Below are positions 8,102 through 15,301 of a DNA stretch of 36,159 nt, in pieces; positions within the stretch are counted from its first letter, which is position 1, and the number at the start of each line of letters is the position of its first letter. Position numbers and translations under genes: made by a program. The stretch covers positions 1 through 36,159 of IMG/VR virus record IMGVR_UViG_3300046719_000042; one strand, given 5' to 3'. The stretch comes from a virus (Duplodnaviria > Caudoviricetes). Under the pieces are notes generated by a model that was not told where the DNA came from, made no database searches, and saw only the letters and a program-made list of their open reading frames with translations.

Positions 8102-9202
8102 ATGGGGAGCTTCATCGTCACCATTGACACCGAAGGGGACGACCTCTGGAGCGGCCCCAGGGAAATCACGACGCGGAATGCCCTCTACCTTCCCCGGTTC
8201 CAGCGACTTTGTGAGCGCTTCTCCCTGAGGCCGACCTATCTCGTCAACTATGAGATGGCGATCTCCCCGGCTTTCGTCGAATTCGGGAGAGACGTTCAGG
8301 CCCGCGGCAAGGGAGAGATCGGCATGCACCTGCATGCCTGGAACTCCCCGCCCATAGAGAGGCTGACGGGCGATGACAACCAGCACAAACCATTCCTGAT
8401 CGAATATCCGGCAAAGGCGCTGCGGGCCAAGGTCGATTTCATGACCAAGCTGCTGGCCGATGTCTTCGGAACCCAAATCACCAGCCATCGCTCTGGGCGC
8501 TGGGCCATGAACGCGCAGTATGCCCGCACGCTCATGGAATATGGCTACCTGACGGACTGTTCCGTCACCCCGTATGTGGATTGGCGCAGGACGCTGGGAG
8601 ACCCGGTCTCTTCTGGCGGCAGCGACTATCGGGACTTCCCGACAGAACCCTATTTCATCGATCCGGAAGACATCAGCCGTCCTGGCAGTTCCTCCTTGCT
8701 GGAAGTGCCCATGACGATTTCGAAGCGCTGTCCTATCTCATTCCGGCCGCTGGTCCGAGCCATCCTGTCCCGCTCCGGGATGGCGCGCACCGTGATCAGC
8801 CGGATACTGAGAAACCAGTGGCTGAGACCCAACGGCTGCAACCGTGCCGCCATGATTTCCCAGGTGGAGGAAGCGGCGGCGGCTGGAGCGTCCCATGTCG
8901 AGTTTATGCTTCATTCGTCCGAGTTCTTACCGGCCGGTAGTCCGACCTTCCCAGATTCGGAATCTATCGAGAGGCTCTACGGCGACCTGGAAGCGCTGTT
9001 CGAGCGCGCAAGCACCCTGTTCACCGGTGTGACGTTGACGGAGTTCCGCCACGCGTTCGATCCCCCTCCGCGTGTCTTCGAGCAGGCCATGGGTAAAAGA
9101 GATGGCGCAGAACCGCGAAAGTCAGATCTTCCGTGTCAATTCCGCTCAAATGAGATCGCCTTGAGGGAAAGTCCTTGCACCGAAAGCAATATGACGGTAT
9201 AG
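8102..9202 (+). CDS. WalW-like carbohydrate esterase family 4 (NodB-type) polysaccharide deacetylase
   Basis: FIVTIDTEGD (motif 1), PTYLVNYEM, EIGMHLHAWNSPP (metal-binding His pair), SHRSGRW, YLTDCSVTP, LLEVPMT, WLRP, FMLHSSE. Confidence 0.85.
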   Translation: MGSFIVTIDTEGDDLWSGPREITTRNALYLPRFQRLCERFSLRPTYLVNYEMAISPAFVEFGRDVQARGKGEIGMHLHAWNSPPIERLTGDDNQHKPFLIEYPAKALRAKVDFMTKLLADVFGTQITSHRSGRWAMNAQYARTLMEYGYLTDCSVTPYVDWRRTLGDPVSSGGSDYRDFPTEPYFIDPEDISRPGSSSLLEVPMTISKRCPISFRPLVRAILSRSGMARTVISRILRNQWLRPNGCNRAAMISQVEEAAAAGASHVEFMLHSSEFLPAGSPTFPDSESIERLYGDLEALFERASTLFTGVTLTEFRHAFDPPPRVFEQAMGKRDGAEPRKSDLPCQFRSNEIALRESPCTESNMTV

Positions 9203-9284
9203 AACACCCCGTATAGCTCCGTTCAAAACAGATCGTCGAACGGAAACCTAGCACCGCCGTTCCAGCCCCAGCCCATCCGGACAG

Positions 9285-9324
9285 AGCCCTTGGCTCACCG
9301 GCATCGGGCGACGGGGCTTTTTTT
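9285..9324 (+). terminator. Intrinsic terminator
   Basis: AGCCC...CCG-GCAT-CGG...GGGCT imperfect stem followed by a run of 7 T. Confidence 0.65.
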
Positions 9325-9476
9325 GTGCCCGCGCCTTGACAGAGGTCCGGCCGAAGAACGGCGCTGGAACCAGCGGCCCACGGGCCGATACCCCACCCCC
9401 AAGAGTCCAGCATCCGCGCCGCGAAGCAGAGCCTAGCATGAGCCGGGTGGCTGGCGACGACCGGAGGTCGTTTCCC

Positions 9477-10349
9477 ATGGCTGTAGATAATCCGCGTCCC
9501 CTTCCCTACGTCACCGAAGAACTGGACAAGATCCCGGAATCCCTTAGAGACTATTACGCTGAACAGGATGACGGAAAGAGTTTCCGTCTCATGGTCAACG
9601 ATGTCGTGCCCAAGGAAACCTTCCAGGAATTCAGGACCAACAACACGAACCTGAATAAGGAAAAGGCTGAACTTGAGCGGCAGATGACCGTCTACCGGAC
9701 GATCAACGAAGACGCCGACAAGCTCCGCCAGGAATATGAGGAACTCGGCAAGCTTCGCCAGCGGGTCAAGGACAAGGATCTGATCGCCCAGACCGACTTC
9801 GAGAAGGCGGTCGAGATGAGAACCTCGGAAATGAAGTCCGCCAGCGAAGGCCAGATACGGGCTCTTTCCGAAGCGCTCAATCGAACCATCGCGGAACGGG
9901 ATGGAGCCATCAAGGAAAACGAACAGATCATCATCTCCAGGGCAATTACCGATGCGGCCCTGGCCGCCGGTGCCGTTCCCGGCGCGATCCCGGATATCCT
10001 GGATCGCTCAATTCGAGAGGGGTGGGTGCTGAGCGATAAAAAATTACCGATCATGATGAGGAACGGGACTCAGGTGTTTGGAGAAAACGGGGTTGATCCC
10101 TTGACGCCCAAAGAATGGGCCACCCGTTCCCTTCGCGATATGGCGCCCTGGTTCTTCAACCAGGCGTCCGGGACTGCGGCTACCGGTTCGAACACTTCGG
10201 GCGGAACCATCAATCCCTGGACAAAGGACAACTGGAACATCACGGAACAGTCCAAGTACATCATGAAGGAAGGCATGGCGAAAGCCGAGATGATGGCGAA
10301 CGGCGCCGGTTCCACCGTTCACGCGATCCATCCCCCGAAGTCCGCCTAA
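9477..10349 (+). CDS. Capsid scaffolding protein
   Basis: GGAGGT RBS before ATG 9477. LDKIPESLRDYYAE N-terminus, long coiled coil, APWFF, Gly/Ser linker and NPWTKDNWNITEQ C-terminal motif. Immediately upstream of the MCP. Confidence 0.85.
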   Translation: MAVDNPRPLPYVTEELDKIPESLRDYYAEQDDGKSFRLMVNDVVPKETFQEFRTNNTNLNKEKAELERQMTVYRTINEDADKLRQEYEELGKLRQRVKDKDLIAQTDFEKAVEMRTSEMKSASEGQIRALSEALNRTIAERDGAIKENEQIIISRAITDAALAAGAVPGAIPDILDRSIREGWVLSDKKLPIMMRNGTQVFGENGVDPLTPKEWATRSLRDMAPWFFNQASGTAATGSNTSGGTINPWTKDNWNITEQSKYIMKEGMAKAEMMANGAGSTVHAIHPPKSA

Positions 10350-10395
10350 TCCTTCTTTCTGACGAGCAACCAAACGTTCCCCACGGATCGATGGC

Positions 10396-10485
10396 CCGCC
10401 GCAGCCACCATGGCTGGGCGGTAACCAGTGAGCCGTCTCTTCGAGGCCCGGCGCCGGAGGCGCCGGGCAGCAGCCCGGTGGGCTG
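10396..10485 (+). promoter_or_regulatory. Cluster of three GC-rich triloop hairpins in the MCP leader
   Basis: CCGCCgCAGCCA-cca-TGGCTGGGCGG (10396-10421), GCCCGGCGCC-gga-GGCGCCGGGC (10446-10468), CAGCCC-ggt-GGGCTG (10471-10485). No U-tract. Confidence 0.55.
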
Positions 10486-10557
10486 TATTCCACCGCATTT
10501 CCCGTCGGCCAGCAGACGCCTGGTCCGAGTCACAGATCATCCCACCGAGGAATCGAG

Positions 10558-11541
10558 ATGGCATCGACGAGACTATCGAACATAATTGTGCCGGAGCGCT
10601 GGGTCCCCTACGTTGTACAGAGGACCGCTGAACTCTCGCAATTGTGGACTTCCGGTATTGTGCAGCCCGTCACGGACCTGAACGGTTTCGTCAGCGACGG
10701 CGGCAATACACTCAACATGCCGTTCTGGCAGGACCTCTCCGGTCAGTCGGAAGTGCTGTCCGCCACCGGCGCCGCCCTGAGCGTCAATCCGATCACCAGC
10801 GCCCAGGACCAGTCCGTCGTCATGGCCCGTGGTAAGGCATGGGGCGTAAACGAGTTGGCCGCCGCCCTCAGCGGTAGTGATCCGGCCTCTGTGATCGGGG
10901 ATCTTGTTGCCGCATGGTGGGCACGGGACATGCAGTTGACCCTCAAGTCGATTTTGACCGGGGTTTTTGCAGCCGCGTCGATGTCTGGCAACGTGCATGA
11001 TGTCTCTGGGGTTGCTAACGGTCAGGCCATTACCGCCGTTGGCTACCTCGATGCCATCCAAAAGCTCGGTGACGCCAAGGATCGCGTCGCTGCCGTCCTC
11101 CTGCACTCAGCGGTAGAAAATCAACTTGCCAAGCTCAACATGATCGACTACGTCACCTTCTCGGACAGCGCCGTCCGGGTGCCGTTCCTGATGGGCAAGC
11201 GCGTGATTGTGGACGATGGCGTCACTGTAACCGGAAGTGGCGCCACAGCCGTATATGATACGATCCTCTTCGGAGAAGGTGCAATTGGATATGCCGATGG
11301 GACCGGCACGAAGCTAACAGAAGTTGAAACTGACAGGGATTCACTCGCAGGAGAGGATTATGTCATCAACAGGAGACACTTCGTGTTGCACCCCCGTGGC
11401 GTTCGCTACATCGGTGCGGCCATTGGCGGCGGTCCAGATAACACGGTGCTCGCAACTGGCGCTTCGTGGAGCCGTGTCTATGAAAATAAGGCGATCAGGA
11501 TGGTGCTGTACCGCCATAGGTTGACCAGCGCGGCATCGTAA
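10558..11541 (+). CDS. Major capsid protein (HK97 fold, SPP1 gp13-like)
   Basis: TRLSNIIVPE..YVVQRTAELS..SGIV; GGNTLNMPFWQDL; RGKAWG..LSGSDP..IGDLVAAWW; MGKRVIVDD; ETDRDSLAGEDYVINRRHFVLHPRG. GAGGA RBS. Confidence 0.93.
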   Translation: MASTRLSNIIVPERWVPYVVQRTAELSQLWTSGIVQPVTDLNGFVSDGGNTLNMPFWQDLSGQSEVLSATGAALSVNPITSAQDQSVVMARGKAWGVNELAAALSGSDPASVIGDLVAAWWARDMQLTLKSILTGVFAAASMSGNVHDVSGVANGQAITAVGYLDAIQKLGDAKDRVAAVLLHSAVENQLAKLNMIDYVTFSDSAVRVPFLMGKRVIVDDGVTVTGSGATAVYDTILFGEGAIGYADGTGTKLTEVETDRDSLAGEDYVINRRHFVLHPRGVRYIGAAIGGGPDNTVLATGASWSRVYENKAIRMVLYRHRLTSAAS

Positions 11542-11609
11542 GGGTTGCGGCAGCGCTGGGATCCCCCGGCCCTGCTTCCTTCCATCCAGCCGGTCAGGAG
11601 ATCACTACC

Positions 11610-12455
11610 ATGAGTGCGACCAGCTTTAACCGCGCCCGCCGTCAGGCTGAGGCGCTGTCAGACGCCAAGGCCAGGGACGACGAGGCCCAGAACAAGCCGC
11701 TCAATCAGAAAATGAGCGTCGAGGAACTGAACGCCTTTGCCAGGGATCAGCTTCCGGACATGGCGTCGCCGCCCTATCCGGATATCCGCAAGCTGGTCAA
11801 TATCCCGTCCGGTTCGGACCGGGAGCGGGAAATCGCCGCCGCAAAGGAATCGGAACTTAACAAACTTCGTGTTCTCTCAGATGCCGCCCGCAACGAGTTG
11901 CAGAACGCCCATCTCCGGGACGACAAGGTCAAGGCCATCCCCGACCACGACGAGGCCGGTCAGGACCGCTCCACCGAGGGCATGAAGTCTCTCCAGGAGG
12001 AAGCGTACAAGGACTACGAGGATCCGCGGGCACCCCAGCACGACGGCCGTATCCGCGCCACGGAACCCTACGAGGACCGTCCGGACGCAGATACCAGCGT
12101 CTCGAAAAACTCCCGCACCAAGCCGACCAAGCTGGTGGAGGACGACAAGCCGGAGACGGTCGGCAAGATCGCGGACAAGCACGAGAGCCGGATCGTGCCG
12201 ACGGCGGAGACATTCGAGGCGACGGAAGAGAACGCCAAGGCCCGCAAGGCCGAGAAGGCCGCTTCCAGCCCGCCATCCAAGTCTGAGTCCAAGACAGACG
12301 CCCGGTCGGAATCCAAGCCGGAACCGAAGCCGGTTGAAACTCCAAAGGTGGCGGCCAGCGCGTCGGAAGCCAACAAGGAGGCGGCGACCAAGCCAGTCGA
12401 TGCACCCAAGGCGCAGCCGACTCCGGTCCCCGGCACCGTATCGAAGGATAAGTGA
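11610..12455 (+). CDS. Hypothetical charged/low-complexity protein (281 aa), possible head-associated protein
   Basis: AGGAG RBS; directly after the MCP; K/E/P/A-rich, likely disordered. Confidence 0.75.
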   Translation: MSATSFNRARRQAEALSDAKARDDEAQNKPLNQKMSVEELNAFARDQLPDMASPPYPDIRKLVNIPSGSDREREIAAAKESELNKLRVLSDAARNELQNAHLRDDKVKAIPDHDEAGQDRSTEGMKSLQEEAYKDYEDPRAPQHDGRIRATEPYEDRPDADTSVSKNSRTKPTKLVEDDKPETVGKIADKHESRIVPTAETFEATEENAKARKAEKAASSPPSKSESKTDARSESKPEPKPVETPKVAASASEANKEAATKPVDAPKAQPTPVPGTVSKDK

Positions 12456-12817
12456 TGATGGCCGATCCTGACAACGAACCGGCAGTACCGGAGCCCCAGC
12501 CGGAGCCGGAGCCGGAGCCACAGCCGGAGCCGACCCGTACGGAACCCAGCCCGCCGCCGCCCATCGTGACGCCGCCCCAGGCGCCGCAGCGCACCGTCGG
12601 CGGTGTCCATGACCTGAGCGACCATCCCGCCGTTCTTGCCGGGCAGGTCCTCAACACCGGGGACACCGTTTACAACCGGGATCCCAACGCCCCCGCCTTC
12701 AACCGGCCGGTCCTCATCGATGAGGGTACGGCGGAACGGACCACGACCACGAGCAATCCGGCCAAGCGCACGGTCAAGGGCAAGACCAAGAGTGACGGTG
12801 CCGGCCCAGAAAGCTGA
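12452..12817 (+). CDS. Pro/Glu-rich hypothetical protein
   Basis: Overlaps the previous stop (GTGATGATG). PEPQPEPEPEPQPEP is encoded by CCGGAG hexamer repeats at about 12488-12531. Confidence 0.65.
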   Translation: MMMADPDNEPAVPEPQPEPEPEPQPEPTRTEPSPPPPIVTPPQAPQRTVGGVHDLSDHPAVLAGQVLNTGDTVYNRDPNAPAFNRPVLIDEGTAERTTTTSNPAKRTVKGKTKSDGAGPES

Positions 12818-12828
12818 GGCTGTCGCCA

Positions 12829-12987
12829 ATGTCGGAGGATCTCAGTCGAATGCTGGCTCGGCTGATCGAGTCAAGTGAGATCGAGAGCGCCAGCGTAACG
12901 GTCGTTCTAAAATCCAAAGCCCCGCCGTCCCCCGATACGGAACCGGTCTGCACCTTTAGGATCGGACCGGTTTCCCCCAAGGAATAG
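12829..12987 (+). CDS. Small hypothetical protein (52 aa; below the ORF-track cutoff)
   Basis: ATG 12829 with GAGG upstream. MSEDLSRMLARLIESSEIESASVTVVLKSKAPPSPDTEPVCTFRIGPVSPKE closely fills the gap between its neighbours. Confidence 0.55.
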   Translation: MSEDLSRMLARLIESSEIESASVTVVLKSKAPPSPDTEPVCTFRIGPVSPKE

Positions 12988-12993
12988 CACCCC

Positions 12994-13401
12994 ATGCTCG
13001 TTTTGACAGCAGACCAGCAGGTCACGCTGACCGCCGTCTATACGGACAAGTACGGCAACACCGCCCCGATCGACGGCCAGCCGACCTGGGAAACCAGCGT
13101 CGACGGCATCGTCGTCGTCAAGCCCGCGGAAGACGCCATGTCGGCCGAGGTCATCACAGTCGGGCCGATCGGGCAGGTTCAGGTTCGCGCCATCGCAGAC
13201 GCCTTGCCCGGCGCTTCTGAAAAACTGATCATCGGTATCCTCGATATCGAAGTTGCCGGGGGCGAAGCCCGCATTGTTACGCTCAATGCTGGCACCGCGA
13301 TCTCCAAGGACGATGCGCCCGAAGAAGGTCCGACCGACGAGGATGTCGTCCCGCTCTCAGAGTCCGTGGAGCCTGCCGACCAGCCCTCAGAAACCCCCTG
13401 A
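12994..13401 (+). CDS. Ig-like domain virion protein
   Basis: QQVTLTAVYTDKYGN...PTWETS...GQVQVRAIAD pattern of bacterial Ig-like (Big) folds; acidic tail. Confidence 0.6.
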   Translation: MLVLTADQQVTLTAVYTDKYGNTAPIDGQPTWETSVDGIVVVKPAEDAMSAEVITVGPIGQVQVRAIADALPGASEKLIIGILDIEVAGGEARIVTLNAGTAISKDDAPEEGPTDEDVVPLSESVEPADQPSETP

Positions 13402-13601
13402 TGGTTGCCCGACGGACTTCGTCAGCCGGAAGCCGCTACGCAGCGGCGGCAGAGTCGAGCCGGGAAGCGAGAGGGAACCGCCTGCGCCGCGCCGGATGGC
13501 AGCCGGGGGAAGCCTATCCCCACGTGGACAGCCAGGCCGCAGACGTTGAGCCGGGCAGCCCTTCAAGCTTTTCTTCCGAGTTTTCCACGGAGTTCATCTG
13601 A
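13401..13601 (+). CDS. Small protein ending in an FSSEFSTEF motif (66 aa)
   Basis: TGATG overlaps at both ends; the C-terminal Phe-periodic motif recurs in the 31698 protein. Confidence 0.6.
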   Translation: MVARRTSSAGSRYAAAAESSREARGNRLRRAGWQPGEAYPHVDSQAADVEPGSPSSFSSEFSTEFI

Positions 13602-14017
13602 TGGCCATTGATACCATCGCCGGTCTTAAGGCCAAGATGCCGGTCGCAACGCCGGGCGGCACCACGGTCGCCGATATCTACGATCTGATCGACACGATGG
13701 AGGACCTGACCTCCCAGCAGGTTCTCGCCAAGACGGCGAGCTATACCGCAGCCTTGGCCGACAATCGCCGCCGCATCACCTTCAATTCCGCGACCGCCGT
13801 CACTCTGACCCTGCCCAACTCCGTGCCGGTCGGTTGGGAATGCGTCATCATGCAGCTCGGCGCCGGGGCCGTGACGGTAGCCGTGACCGGCGGAAATCTT
13901 CGCCACCTGAACACCCACGTCAAGACCGGCGGGCTCTATGCCCAGGCCTATCTGTTCGTCTACGCCAATCCCGGATCGGCACCGGAAGTCGCGTTCTCCG
14001 GGCAGACCTCGACATGA
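13601..14017 (+). CDS. Putative short fibre/adaptor protein, paralog A (138 aa)
   Basis: MAIDTIAGLKAKMP N-terminus and TLTLP..GW...IMQLGAGAVTV beta domain; same length as and clearly homologous to 14885..15301. Confidence 0.8.
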   Translation: MAIDTIAGLKAKMPVATPGGTTVADIYDLIDTMEDLTSQQVLAKTASYTAALADNRRRITFNSATAVTLTLPNSVPVGWECVIMQLGAGAVTVAVTGGNLRHLNTHVKTGGLYAQAYLFVYANPGSAPEVAFSGQTST

Positions 14018-14772
14018 TGCCGGGATGCGCGCTTATCGCCACCAACGATCCACCGGTCAATGTCTCTACCTTCAATACCGGCGGCGGAGACGGCGCCTAC
14101 AGCTTCGATCCGGATGCCAGGACCATTTCCGTCGCCTATGGCACGACGGCAACCAATATCCGGGGAAGCCATCCAACCATCATCGGAAATCGCTACCGCA
14201 TCTCCTGGACATACAGTGGAGCCACCGGGACCCAGGCCTATTTCGGCACGAGCGTCGGCAACATCCAGTATCGCCATGCGGTTGCCGGAGACAGTTTCTT
14301 CGACGTGACCGCCACCGCGCCGGTTCTTTACATCACATTCTCCCGCCCTTCCGCCGGGACGACCGTCGTCTCGAATATCGTCGCCCAGACCATTCAGGGC
14401 GTCACCTGGGTCGACACGGCGGCTGTCACACCCGCCGGATGGACGAATATCAGCGCCGGTGTCACCGTCGACGGGACCACCGGGGCGATCACGATCGCGG
14501 CGACCGGCACGAACATCTCCGCCCGCCAGCAGCTTACCACCGTCGCCGGGACCCTCTACCGGGTCAGATGGGTCAACACCGGCAATTCGACCCAGTGCGT
14601 CATCGGTAGCACGAGCGGCGGCAACCAGATGAAGACGGCGACTTTCAGCGACGCCATCGGAAGCCTAACCTACGAATTCCGGGCGACCAACACGACAACC
14701 TGGTTGCAATACCAGCGGTCCGCTGCCGGAACGGCAGTCGTATCCAACATATTCCTCCAGGTCACGGCTTGA
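14014..14772 (+). CDS. Putative lectin-like virion protein with two tandem beta-sandwich (CBM-like) repeats
   Basis: True start is ATG 14014 (ATGA overlap; MMPG). Two internal repeats: G.RYRISW..GTSVGN..ATAPVLYITFSRPSAGTTVVSNI and GTLYRVRW..GSTSGGN..ATNTTTWLQYQRSAAGTAVVSNI. Confidence 0.7.
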   Translation: MMPGCALIATNDPPVNVSTFNTGGGDGAYSFDPDARTISVAYGTTATNIRGSHPTIIGNRYRISWTYSGATGTQAYFGTSVGNIQYRHAVAGDSFFDVTATAPVLYITFSRPSAGTTVVSNIVAQTIQGVTWVDTAAVTPAGWTNISAGVTVDGTTGAITIAATGTNISARQQLTTVAGTLYRVRWVNTGNSTQCVIGSTSGGNQMKTATFSDAIGSLTYEFRATNTTTWLQYQRSAAGTAVVSNIFLQVTA

Positions 14773-14830
14773 CTTCTCCAAGTAAAAGACTCGTTTAAAA
14801 AGTATAATCACCTCTATTATTTAAAACTGT
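14773..14830 (+). promoter_or_regulatory. AT-rich intergenic patch, possible promoter
   Basis: Perfect TATAAT at 14803-14808 in an AT-rich stretch. The nearest TTGACT (14769) is 28 nt away, so there is no canonical -35. Confidence 0.3.
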
Positions 14831-14884
14831 CTCCGATCCATTTGTCGCGACTCGGACCCACCTTGCATCAGTCGGAGTCTCCTG

Positions 14885-15301
14885 ATGGCGATCGATACCA
14901 TTGCCGGGCTAAAGGCCAAGATGCCGCTGGCGACAGCCTCCGGCACCTCGGTCTCAGATATCCACGACTTGATAGATACCTTCGAGGATAGAACCACACA
15001 GTCCCTCATTCCGGTCACCGCCGCCTATAGCGTCTCCCTGCTGGACAACCGGCGCAAGGTCGTCGTCAGTGCCGCCGCCGCCGTGACCGTTACCCTCCCC
15101 TCCAACACTCCGGCCGGCTTCGAGCTGATGGTCGTCCAGACCGGCCTTGGCGCCGCCGTCGTCGCCGCCACCGGCGGCACCGTCCTGTCCAGGGACAACC
15201 ACACCCGCACCGCCGGACAGAACGCCGTCGCGTATCTGTTCTGCGTTTCCAACGCCGGGACCGCTCCCCAGGTCATCCTGACCGGCGATACCGCACCATG
15301 A
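14885..15301 (+). CDS. Putative short fibre/adaptor protein, paralog B (138 aa)
   Basis: First 14 aa identical to 13601..14017; GGAG RBS; ATGA overlap with its own downstream partner. Confidence 0.8.
   Translation: MAIDTIAGLKAKMPLATASGTSVSDIHDLIDTFEDRTTQSLIPVTAAYSVSLLDNRRKVVVSAAAAVTVTLPSNTPAGFELMVVQTGLGAAVVAATGGTVLSRDNHTRTAGQNAVAYLFCVSNAGTAPQVILTGDTAP

Noticed and set aside
11530-11610. Programmed frameshift/readthrough extending the MCP
   Set aside because: No slippery heptamer is visible before the TAA, and the next gene has its own strong RBS.
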